DNA from: Nitrosovibrio sp. Nv4 | GTDB taxonomy: Bacteria > Pseudomonadota > Alphaproteobacteria > Acetobacterales > Acetobacteraceae | Assembly (NCBI GenBank): GCA_943330455.2 | Contig: CALQHT020000003.1 | Location: 310 to 64,309, forward strand | DNA length: 64,000 nucleotides | Direction of reading: 5' to 3' | Shown here: positions 10,006 through 18,907 of the stretch, piece after piece | Numbering within the stretch: position 1 is the first letter of the stretch | How the letters are laid out: the number at the start of each line of letters is the position of its first letter | The notes under the pieces: generated by a model | Seen by the model: the letters and a program-made list of their open reading frames with translations, nothing else | Told to the model about the DNA's origin: nothing | The model's database searches: none | Program-made: the position numbers and the translations under genes

Positions 10006-11052
10006 TTATCCGGCTGCCTTGGCGATTTTGACCGGCCCGCGTGATCGATTTGCCGCCATGGCCGTGCGCCTGCGTTGCGTGTCCGGTTCGGTATTGCCCG
10101 GATTGATTGTCTGAGCGGCGGTGCGCAATGGGCCGGAATCGTCGAGCGGATTGGTGAAACCCTGATTAGCGAGAGCCGTCGTGATCTTGCGCCGGCCGCT
10201 CGCTTCAAGCTGATGGATACGCTCCCGGCTGACACCATAGGTCACTGACAATGCTTCCAGAGATGTGACATCGCCGCTGGCGGGGAGGCATCTGGCGAGA
10301 AAAATCGCGCGTTCCCGGTCGCCCAGAATTTCCTCGGCCAGGGCCATGATCCGCTTGCGGGCCTTGGCATGATCCATGCGCAGGATCACGTCGTCTTCCG
10401 ACACCGCGGTGTTATCGGGGAGCATGTCCTGAAGCGAGCGGCCGTGCGGTCCATCGTCACGCGATGCAGTCAGGCTCAGCATACCACCGTGCAGCAACCG
10501 CAGGCTGTATGCCACATCGGAGGACGCCATGCCAATACGTTGGCCTATACGATCGTGCAGAGCGGACTCGGTCGGCTCCACGCCTTCGCGCAGGCAGGCG
10601 TTGCGCGCATCGGCCACCAGCCGGACGCTCATCTGCACAAGTTGGCGATGGGCGTTCGATTCCGGTAAACGCACCAGGGTGGTATTGCGCCGGACATAGT
10701 CCTTGATGAAATACCGGATCCATCCGGTCGCGTAGGCTGCCAGACGGTTGTCGCAGCGGTCGAGGTCGAAGCCTTCGATCGCGCGGTGCAAACCCAGATG
10801 GCCGGCCCCGACCAGATCCAGAAACTCCAGTCCCGATCTGCGGTATTGTGACGCGACGGAGACCACGAGCTTGCTGTGGGATTCCCAAAGTTCGGTCAGC
10901 GCCTGGTGGCGCGCGGTTGCGGTTTGGCCATTGCGCAGTTGCAGGAGAAGCACGCGCTCCCGCTCCGCGGTCAGATTCGTGCGGTCCATGTGGTGGCGGA
11001 CAGCCCGATTGACCAAATGGGCGTTATCCCCCATCGCCACCTTCGCCCCCAT
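10006..11052 (-). CDS. Sigma-70 family RNA polymerase sigma factor, RpoH (sigma-32)-like, divergent
   Basis: Region 2 (DLVGAGHLGL..AIEGFD..YATGWIR) and region 4 HTH (SLEALSVTYGVSRERIHQLE). Confidence 0.85.
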   Translation of the reverse strand: MGAKVAMGDNAHLVNRAVRHHMDRTNLTAERERVLLLQLRNGQTATARHQALTELWESHSKLVVSVASQYRRSGLEFLDLVGAGHLGLHRAIEGFDLDRCDNRLAAYATGWIRYFIKDYVRRNTTLVRLPESNAHRQLVQMSVRLVADARNACLREGVEPTESALHDRIGQRIGMASSDVAYSLRLLHGGMLSLTASRDDGPHGRSLQDMLPDNTAVSEDDVILRMDHAKARKRIMALAEEILGDRERAIFLARCLPASGDVTSLEALSVTYGVSRERIHQLEASGRRKITTALANQGFTNPLDDSGPLRTAAQTINPGNTEPDTQRRRTAMAANRSRGPVKIAKAAG

Positions 11053-11233
11053 GTTCCATCCAGCCTTGCGTCACGAGAAGCATTTCCCATAATGCTCTCT
11101 TAGGTTGTATTCATTAATCGTCGGGCAACGGCCCAATCGACCAGTATGCACTCATGCCGTTCATCGTTTGGTCATGTTCGTTGCAACCAGTTACAAAGAT
11201 ACAATCGGTACAACCGGGACGGCAAGGGTCGTT

Positions 11234-11580
11234 GAGTCAAATTCCCGTGGTTTCCGCGCTAATTCCATAATGACTTGTGGGTTACGCAACGAGTCTCGCG
11301 GACGAGCGCTTCGGATGCGGTGGTTCGGCTGTCGTGTTGCGGGAGAGATATAGACAGAATCTGGGGTTTTAGAATCCAGGGCAGCCTTGGTCGGGCACGA
11401 TGATCGCAAGGATGTCGAGTTCGTTAATGTTTCGGAAGGAAGGCGAGTCACGCCTGATTCACACCATTCACGGGACCCGGTCACGCGGGCTGCACGGCTG
11501 CCCGGTTCCGTGTTTTCTCTGGTGATCGATGGACAAGCCGGAGCAGCCGAGCGGACAACGGAACTGTAATGCGACGATTC
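11234..11580. promoter_or_regulatory. Cluster of 7 GANTC (CcrM-type) sites in a divergent intergenic region
   Basis: GANTC at 11234, 11291, 11357, 11372, 11445, 11456 and 11576 (hand count). Confidence 0.55.
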
Positions 11581-11794
11581 ATTCCGTATTATTTCAAACA
11601 TCACATTCCGTCCCCCAATGCTCGGCATACGATCGAATGTCGGCAGACAACAACCTGGCCGAACCTTTGCGGAAAGGTGACAGGGGGGTGCGACGGCATT
11701 AGGCTCGTGGGGGTTGGTACAGTCGTACGCCGCAACAGACATCGCGTTCCTCGCATCCAGCCCTGGGCGAACGCGCACAAACGGGAGGATGCCA

Positions 11795-12415
11795 ATGATC
11801 ATCGAGGTCCGGACCTATCAATTGCGTCCGACGACCGTGGCCGAGGCGGAAAAGCGCTTCGGCGCGGCCCTGCCGATCCGGGAAAAACATTCCCGCCTGG
11901 GCGCCTTCTGGCACTCCGAAATCGGCCCCCTGAACCAGATCATCCATGTCTGGCCGTATGAGAGCTTCGAGCATCGCGATGCGGTGCGTGCCGCCGCGGC
12001 GAAGGAGGAGGCCTGGCCGCCGCCGATCCGTGAATTCATTGTCTCCATGCAGAGCGAGATATTCGTGCCCGCCCCGTTCTCCCCGAAACTGGAGCCGATG
12101 GACGTCGGACCGATCTTCGAAATCCGATCCTACACGTTGGCGCCGGGCGCCATCCCCAACATGATCGAGCGTTGGTCCGCCAAAATTGACGAACGCGTGA
12201 AACTATCGCCGTTGGTGGGCGCCTGGTACTCGGAATTCGGCGCGCTGAACAAATGGGTGCATATCTGGGCGTATCGTGATGCCGCCGAACGCCAGCGCAT
12301 CCGGGCGGATGCGGTCGCACGGGGCCTGTGGCCACCGGGAGGTGCCGCGTCCGGTATCGTCATCAAGCAGGAGAACACGGTGGTGATGCCGTCGTCGTTC
12401 TCCCCGATCCGTTGA
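11795..12415 (+). CDS. NIPSNAP family protein (two tandem domains)
   Basis: EVRTYQL..FWHSEIGPLNQIIHVW, repeated as EIRSYTL..WYSEFGALNKWVHIW; GGAGG RBS. Confidence 0.92.
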   Translation: MIIEVRTYQLRPTTVAEAEKRFGAALPIREKHSRLGAFWHSEIGPLNQIIHVWPYESFEHRDAVRAAAAKEEAWPPPIREFIVSMQSEIFVPAPFSPKLEPMDVGPIFEIRSYTLAPGAIPNMIERWSAKIDERVKLSPLVGAWYSEFGALNKWVHIWAYRDAAERQRIRADAVARGLWPPGGAASGIVIKQENTVVMPSSFSPIR

Positions 12416-12507
12416 TCGCCTGCCGGTGGATTTTCCCACCGGCGCTTGATCGGGTGGACCCAACCGCCGGCCGGACTGGCGTTCCGGCTGATTCAAGGAG
12501 CACGCGC

Positions 12508-13491
12508 ATGGCTCATCTGGTCGCCGGTTTCGGTTCTTCGCACAGCCCGATGTTGGCTGCTCGGGTGGAAGATTGGCAGCAGGGCGCGTTCTTGCGGCGA
12601 GACATGGCACGCCAGTTGGTCGATTTCGACGGCGTGTCTTGTCGCTATGAAGACGTGCTGGCGCGTGCTCCCGCGGATGCGGCGGCGCTGATCGCGGCGG
12701 ACGCGCTGGCCCAACGCCATGCACAGGCGCAGGCCGCGATCCTTCGGTTGCGCGACGATATCGCCAGCATGAAACTGGACGCGCTGATTGTCGTCGGGGA
12801 CGATCAGGAGGAGCTGTTCGATCACACGAACATGCCGGCGATCGGTCTCTATCATGGCGACACCATCCGCAATGCTCGCCGCGCACCGGCGACGGACCCG
12901 CTGGATGTGGCGATGATGCGGCTGCGGGAAGACGAGCGCGATGTCGAATATCCCTGCGACGCCGACCTTGCGCGCCATTTGATCGGCGCCCTGGGGGAGG
13001 ATGGCTTCGACCTGTCGGTGATGCGCGGCCTGCCGCCGGATCGGGCCGAGGGGCACGCCTATTCCTGGGTGCATCGTTTCTGCATGGGGGCCGATCCGAT
13101 CCCGATCGTGCCGGTGTTCCTGAATGCCTATTATCCGCCGAATCAACCATCCCCCGCGCGCTGCCACGGCCTGGGAGAGGCGCTGGCGCGTGGCATCGCG
13201 TCCTGCCCCGGCGATCGGCGGATCGGGATCTTCGCCTCGGGCGGGTTGTCGCATTTCGTGGTCGACGCGCCGTTCGATCACGCAGTCATCGACGCACTGC
13301 GCCGCAAGGACGCGGCGTTCCTGCGGACCGCGCCGCTGCATAAGTTGCAGTCCGGCAGCTCGGAAATCCGCAACTGGATCTGTCTGGGGGGCGCGGTTTC
13401 CAGCCTCGATATGGCGTGGGTGACCTATGTGCCTGGCTATCGGACGCCGGCGCTGACCGGGACGGGCCTTTGTTTTGCCAGTTTCCATTAG
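12508..13491 (+). CDS. Class III (LigB/DesZ-like) extradiol ring-cleavage dioxygenase
   Basis: GSSHSPML, IVVGDDQEELF, SGGLSHF, GSSEIRNW motifs. Confidence 0.85.
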   Translation: MAHLVAGFGSSHSPMLAARVEDWQQGAFLRRDMARQLVDFDGVSCRYEDVLARAPADAAALIAADALAQRHAQAQAAILRLRDDIASMKLDALIVVGDDQEELFDHTNMPAIGLYHGDTIRNARRAPATDPLDVAMMRLREDERDVEYPCDADLARHLIGALGEDGFDLSVMRGLPPDRAEGHAYSWVHRFCMGADPIPIVPVFLNAYYPPNQPSPARCHGLGEALARGIASCPGDRRIGIFASGGLSHFVVDAPFDHAVIDALRRKDAAFLRTAPLHKLQSGSSEIRNWICLGGAVSSLDMAWVTYVPGYRTPALTGTGLCFASFH

Positions 13492-13523
13492 GGGGTGGCA
13501 GTTGGGGGAGGGGAGAGGGCATC

Positions 13524-13748
13524 GGGGCTCCGCCCCGGACCCCGCGAGGGGCTTTGCCCCCTCGACCCCCACCAAGGCTGGGCCTTGGATGCCAACTATT
13601 GGGTCGGGGACGAATGGGGGCCGACACGGACGTTGAAACGCCATGGTCGGCCCTCATACGTCCCCGACCCAACTGATCGCGGTCCAGGGGCCGTAGCCCC
13701 TGGTGGGATCGAAGGGCAAAGCCCTCGCGGGGTTTGGGGCAGAGCCCC
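13524..13748. mobile_element. 225-bp nested-palindrome MITE/REP-like element
   Basis: Outer arms GGGGCTCCGCCCCGGACCCCGCGAGGGGCTTTGCCCC matched by the reverse complement of the right end; inner 27-bp inverted repeat with 2 mismatches; no transposase, no evident TSD. Confidence 0.75.
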
Positions 13749-13854
13749 AAGGCTTTCTTTGCGCCATCCCAGGAGCGCGAGCCGGCGGTTTGTCGGGTGA
13801 TTGGGCGGCTGTTACAGTCTGCTCAACGCGATCATCCTTAAGGGAGACTCATCC

Positions 13855-14997
13855 ATGAAAGTCGGCACCGCTCTCAGCATTCTCGCCCAGCCCGATCGTC
13901 CGGATGTGGCGCTTTACAACGAGCATATGTCGATGGGCGATCTCGCCGAACCGCTGGGTTTCGACTCGCTGTTCGCGTTGGAGCACCATTTCACCGGCTA
14001 TTCGATGTCGCCGGCGCCGCTGCAACTGCTGTCCTATTACGCTGGCCGCACCAGCAAGATCACCCTGGGCACCTGCGTGATCGTGCTGCCCTGGCATGAT
14101 CCGATCCGGGTCGCGGAACAGATTGCCCTGCTGGACATCATGAGCGGCGGGCGCACCCTGATGGGCTTCGGCCGCGGGGCGGCGACGGTGGAATACGAGG
14201 GTTTCCGGATTCCGATGGGGGAGGCCCGCGGCCGCTTCGTGGAGTCCGCGCAGCTTGTCATGAAGGCACTCAGCAACGAGACTTTCGATTGGCAGGGCGA
14301 ATTCTACCAGATTCCGAAAATGTCGATCCGTCCGCGGCCGATTTCCCACCCGGAGCGGCGGTTCTACGCATCCTCGGTCAGCCCGGAATCGGCGGAGATC
14401 ATGGCGCGCCTTGGTTTCGGCATGTTGGTTGTGATGCAGAACGAATGGGCGAAGGCAGCCGAAGACATCCATCGCTACCGGGAGATCACGCGCAGTGTCG
14501 GTCACACGCCTCGCCCGCCGATCGTGCTGACCAACGTCGCGTGTGCGCCAACCCGAGAGGAGGCGTTGGGTTGGGCGCGCCAGTATCTGGGAGAGAAATG
14601 GGATTCGATCGACAACCACTATCATTTCTCAGACGGGCATCTGGCCAACGTAAAGGGTTATGAGTCGTACGGCAAGCTGGCCAAGACCTATACCAAGATG
14701 AAGGAAGAGTCCTTCAGGTCCAAGGCAACCGATTTCTATGTCAGCATTCAGATCGCCGGCACGCCGGATGACTGCATCCAGCAGATCGCCGAGTTGCGGC
14801 GGCTGACCGGTATGGATCACCTGGTCACGGAGTTTTCGTTCGGTAGCATGCCGCACCACCTGGCGGAACTGAACATGCGGCTGTTCGCGGAAAAGGTCAT
14901 GCCGGTCCTGCAACGGGATGCCGCATTCCAGGGGGAGATCAATCCGTTCGAGGGCAAGAGCGAGGCGAGCGACGAACGTCTGTTTGCTCCGGCCTGA
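13855..14997 (+). CDS. Luciferase-like (LLM class) flavin-dependent monooxygenase
   Basis: GFDSLFALEHHF, HDPIRVAEQIALLDIMSGGR, MGFGRG; GGGAG RBS. Confidence 0.93.
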   Translation: MKVGTALSILAQPDRPDVALYNEHMSMGDLAEPLGFDSLFALEHHFTGYSMSPAPLQLLSYYAGRTSKITLGTCVIVLPWHDPIRVAEQIALLDIMSGGRTLMGFGRGAATVEYEGFRIPMGEARGRFVESAQLVMKALSNETFDWQGEFYQIPKMSIRPRPISHPERRFYASSVSPESAEIMARLGFGMLVVMQNEWAKAAEDIHRYREITRSVGHTPRPPIVLTNVACAPTREEALGWARQYLGEKWDSIDNHYHFSDGHLANVKGYESYGKLAKTYTKMKEESFRSKATDFYVSIQIAGTPDDCIQQIAELRRLTGMDHLVTEFSFGSMPHHLAELNMRLFAEKVMPVLQRDAAFQGEINPFEGKSEASDERLFAPA

Positions 14998-15873
14998 TCG
15001 GTCCGGCTACGAACCGGACCGGGCGCTGGCGGCGTGGACAGGGTCCGCGCCGCCTCGACGGTGGACTCGGGGGCTGGCGGGTGGGTCGCCTCGATGGTTG
15101 GGGTGGAAGTAGGCTTGGCCGGATCGCGGGTTGCCCCATTGGTGTTTGGGAACGCCGAGCGGCGGGGCGGAGCGGTTGTTCGGGACGCGGGGATTTTGCG
15201 GTGAGACGGGCATGTTGCCCTGAAACGGGCGGACTGCTTATATTTTGGGCATATGGGTTCAAATGGTTAACCGCCGGGTTACGAAACGAATACCCAGGTT
15301 TTCCGCATGGTATTGCAACGGAACCCCCCGTTATTCGCCGGAAACTGTAACGGACGCCGGACCCGCCGGTCTTCATGCAAACTCTTAAGACGGAGCGATT
15401 CGGCCCGCTGTTTCAAGGCGGTAACGGCGGTTCCTGACGTGCGGTCTTAACCGAAGCGCTGTGCGGAAATCCGGCGGCAGGGGGAGTCGCAAAAAAAAGA
15501 TGCCGCTCGTTAACCATTGCCCACTTTGTGTACAAACAACGCTCGATCAATGATTTGCGGCGTGTTTCTCAAGCGCGGGCGGAGGCAGTCGGCAAATCAC
15601 TTGCCACGGAGCGATGGGATAGAGTAGAACGTTTGTCGAACACGCGACGCGAGTGGTGAACCCTCTGGGACTGTCAAATGAGCGGACCTTCATCCCATGC
15701 CGCGATGCCCGCCGTGACGATACCGCGTCCCGCGGCGCGGGATCATGCCTGACCTGTCGGAGATGGATGAATGCCACCACGGATAGGCGGATCGGGCGCA
15801 AGAGACGCGCTCTTATCACGATCTGGGTTGGGGCCGGATGGTACTCGGCAGCGACGCTGGCCCGCGACAGAGT

Positions 15874-16015
15874 CTTCGCGAACTTCGTGCCTCCGCGGTG
15901 GAAAATCCCGGGCCCTTGGCACGTAAGGGCCTGTCCAGCTTGGTGATCCCGGACAGGCATGGTGTCTTGGGTGACGTCCGCGATTTTCCACCACGAAGGC
16001 ACGAAGGTCACGAAG
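15874..16015. repeat. 34-bp inverted-repeat pair built of CACGAAG units
   Basis: CTTCGCGAACTTCGTGCCTCCGCGGTGGAAAATC (15874-15907) vs the reverse complement of 15982-16015, 4 mismatches. Confidence 0.8.
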
Positions 16016-16374
16016 AAGCGCGGGGATATTGGCAAGGCGGTTGGACATGGTCTCGGCACTGCCGGAACCCATTTTCCCCCTACATATAATGCAATGTCCC
16101 GCGTTCGCCGCGATCGGACTTCATCGGAGGGGCCGCGGTGTCGGGCGATGACGGCGGGTTCCGTGGTTCGGTTGCGTAGGGGCGAGCGTGGCAGAGCGCG
16201 CATGGCTGACTTGCCCGCATCGGTCCGGAGATTGCGATTGCGGTGGGACGTGTTGCGTTGCGAAGCAGAGCGCCATAGTTTTGCCGTAAGCCCATTCCCC
16301 GCGGCCCGATCAGTGCCGGTGGGGGATGGCGGGATCGGCGGTGATCGCCCGCCAGCACAACCGAGGACACGCGC

Positions 16375-17682
16375 ATGACCGCCACCCCCAATCGAACCGT
16401 GACCATCTCCGTCGAAGGATCAAACAAGACCTCCAAGCTGCCGCTGCTGTCCGGCACGGTCGGCCCGGATGTGTTCGATATCCGCAGGCTTTACAATGAT
16501 CTGGGTATCTTCACCTTCGACCCCGGCTATGGCGCGACGGCGTCCTGCGACAGCAAGATCACCTATATCGATGGCGATGAGGGCGTGCTGCTGTATCGCG
16601 GCTACCCGATCGAACAGCTCGCCGAGAAGTCCAACTTCCTGGAAGTCTGCTACCTGCTGCTGAACGGGGAACTCCCGAACGCCGAACAGGGCAAGGATTT
16701 CGAACTCGGTGTGATGCGTCACACCATGCTGCATGAGCAGATCCGCGCCTTCTACAACGGGTTCCGCCGCGATGCGCACCCGATGGCGGTGATGTGCGGC
16801 GTTGTCGGCGCGCTATCCGCTTTCTACCACGACAGCCTGGACATTCATGATCCGGAAAGCCGCCGCATCAGCGCCTTCCGCCTGGTCGCCAAGGTGCCGA
16901 CGATCGCGGCCTGGGCCTATAAATACTCGGTCGGGCAGCCGTTCATTTATCCTCGCAACGACATGACCTATGCGGAGAATTTCCTGCATATGTTCCATGC
17001 CGTGCCGGCGGAGGAATACAAGGTCAACCCGGTCCTCTCCAAGGCGATGGACCTGATCATGATCCTGCACGCGGATCATGAGCAGAACGCGTCCACCAGC
17101 ACGGTGCGTCTGGCCGGGTCCACCGGCGCCAACCCGTTTGCCTGCATCGCGGCCGGCATCGCCAGCCTGTGGGGCCCGTCGCATGGCGGCGCCAATGAGG
17201 CGGTGCTGAAAATGCTGGCCGAGATCGGCCATGTCCGCAACATCAAGGCCTTCCTGGCCGACGTGAAGGACAAGGACAACCACACGAAACTCATGGGCTT
17301 CGGCCATCGCGTCTACAAGAACTACGATCCGCGCGCGAAGCTGATCCAGAAGGCCTGCCACGACGTGCTGGGCGAGCTCGGGATCAAGGGCGATCCGCTG
17401 CTGGATCTGGCGATGGAGCTGGAGAAGATTGCCCTCAGCGACCCGTATTTCGTCGACCGCAAGCTGTACCCGAACGTCGATTTCTACTCGGGCATCATCC
17501 TGAAGGCGATGGGCTTCCCGACCAGCATGTTCACCGCGCTGTTCGCGGTGTCTCGCACGGTCGGCTGGGTCAGCCAGTGGCAGGAAATGATGGAAGACCC
17601 GCAGCAGCGGATTGGCCGTCCGCGCCAGATCTACACCGGCGCGCCGCAGCGGGATTACGTGCCGACCGCCAAGCGCGGCTGA
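16375..17682 (+). CDS. gltA: Citrate synthase (type II)
   Basis: [53 protein letters not shown]. Confidence 0.98.
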   Translation: MTATPNRTVTISVEGSNKTSKLPLLSGTVGPDVFDIRRLYNDLGIFTFDPGYGATASCDSKITYIDGDEGVLLYRGYPIEQLAEKSNFLEVCYLLLNGELPNAEQGKDFELGVMRHTMLHEQIRAFYNGFRRDAHPMAVMCGVVGALSAFYHDSLDIHDPESRRISAFRLVAKVPTIAAWAYKYSVGQPFIYPRNDMTYAENFLHMFHAVPAEEYKVNPVLSKAMDLIMILHADHEQNASTSTVRLAGSTGANPFACIAAGIASLWGPSHGGANEAVLKMLAEIGHVRNIKAFLADVKDKDNHTKLMGFGHRVYKNYDPRAKLIQKACHDVLGELGIKGDPLLDLAMELEKIALSDPYFVDRKLYPNVDFYSGIILKAMGFPTSMFTALFAVSRTVGWVSQWQEMMEDPQQRIGRPRQIYTGAPQRDYVPTAKRG

Positions 17683-17694
17683 TCCGGAGAAAGC

Positions 17695-17799
17695 CTAGAG
17701 CATGATCACGCTGAGCGGAACGTCACAGCGTGTGAATCATGCGATCAAACAAGGAGCTAGAGCGGTTTTTCGATTCCAGTCAGGGTGAAACCGCTCTAG
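17695..17799. repeat. 105-bp double-hairpin CTAG-bounded repeat (Bru-RS/RIME-like)
   Basis: CTAGAGCATGATCAC..GTGAATCATGC followed by CTAGAGCGGTTT..AAACCGCTCTAG; lies between the convergent gltA and tsaC. Confidence 0.7.
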
Positions 17800-18788
17800 C
17801 CGCGGGATGGAATGTCATCTCGCGGCGCGGCCGACCGCCGAAGTCGATCGTTGATCGCCATGCCCAGCCCGTGATGCGGGATGGGCATCGTGGCTATGCG
17901 GGCCAGGCCCAACCGCTGCCCTTCGCCATCCAACCAGCGCAAACCCTCGAACAAGCGTGATGCGGCCTGCCGGAGATCACCTGCTTCCGACAGGTTGAAC
18001 ACGGTGCCGGCTCCTGCCAGGGGTTGGCCGAACGCCAGCAACGCCTCCTCCTCCGACACGGTCCGGGCCTCCAGGCGTACCGGCAGGGATGGGGCATAAT
18101 GCGACGCCATCATGCCGGGAGACCGGAGGCCGATTGGCGTGTCCGACATCGGCGGAGGCCGACCGACCGCGCCGATTTCAGCCTCGATGGCTTCCACCGT
18201 GACACCACCGGGCCGCAGCAGGACGGGGTTTGGCCCGCTCAGGTCCAGAACGGTCGATTCGACGCCGACGGCACAGGGACCGCCGACAAGGATTGCCGCT
18301 ATCCGGCCGGAAAGACCGTCCAGAACATGGGCCACCGTCGTCGGGCTGACCAGGCCGGACCGGTTGGCGGACGGGGCGGCGACCGGCCGCCCGACCGCTC
18401 GCAACAAGGACAAGGCGGTCTCATGCGCCGGCACCCGCAGCGCCAACGTGTCCAACCCAGCCGAGGCCAGCAGCGCCACCGGACAGTTCGGCCGTCGTTT
18501 CAGGACGAATGTCAGTGGGCCTGGCCAGAATGCGCGCGCCAGCCGGATGGCCCGCTCGTCTGCCTCGCCATCGGCAAAGGCCGTGTCCGCGTCGGGATAG
18601 TGGCAGATCAGCGGATTGAACCGAGGCCTCCCCTTCGCCTCGAAAATTGCGGAAACTGCTTGCGCGTTGGTCGCGTCGGCACCCAGCCCGTAGACCGTCT
18701 CGGTGGCAAACGCGACCAGCTCCCCGGCGCGCAGCAGGGCGGCGGCCCGGGCAATGCCGGCCTCGGTTTCTTCCAGCAACTCGGTCAT
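17796..18788 (-). CDS. tsaC: L-threonylcarbamoyladenylate synthase (SUA5-type)
   Basis: ATETVYGLGADA, KGRPRFNPLICH, AAPSANRSG, C-terminal SUA5 domain with SHYAP. Confidence 0.95.
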   Translation of the reverse strand: MTELLEETEAGIARAAALLRAGELVAFATETVYGLGADATNAQAVSAIFEAKGRPRFNPLICHYPDADTAFADGEADERAIRLARAFWPGPLTFVLKRRPNCPVALLASAGLDTLALRVPAHETALSLLRAVGRPVAAPSANRSGLVSPTTVAHVLDGLSGRIAAILVGGPCAVGVESTVLDLSGPNPVLLRPGGVTVEAIEAEIGAVGRPPPMSDTPIGLRSPGMMASHYAPSLPVRLEARTVSEEEALLAFGQPLAGAGTVFNLSEAGDLRQAASRLFEGLRWLDGEGQRLGLARIATMPIPHHGLGMAINDRLRRSAAPRDDIPSRG

Positions 18789-18907
18789 GGCGCGTTCCCT
18801 TAGCCCAGGGGCCCCCGCTGGGCAAAGGCGGTTCGGCAAAGCTGGCATGGCAAAGCCGCGAGCCCTGCGGTACAGTCCCGGCAACAGAATCTGGGACATC
18901 GCTTACC

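Noticed and set aside
15547-16203. ORF with IVIR..AFIHLRQVRHD, faintly like the RAYT transposase HVIR..YIHxNPVKHG motif
   Set aside because: Spacing and key residues (Tyr, NP) do not match, no HUH motif is visible, and the ORF runs through the CACGAAG repeat. It would need an HMM hit (Y1_Tnp) to be revived.
14998-16374. Possible replication origin in the 1.4-kb gap
   Set aside because: I found no DnaA boxes (TTATCCACA-like) and no origin-typical neighbours such as hemE, dnaA or parAB.
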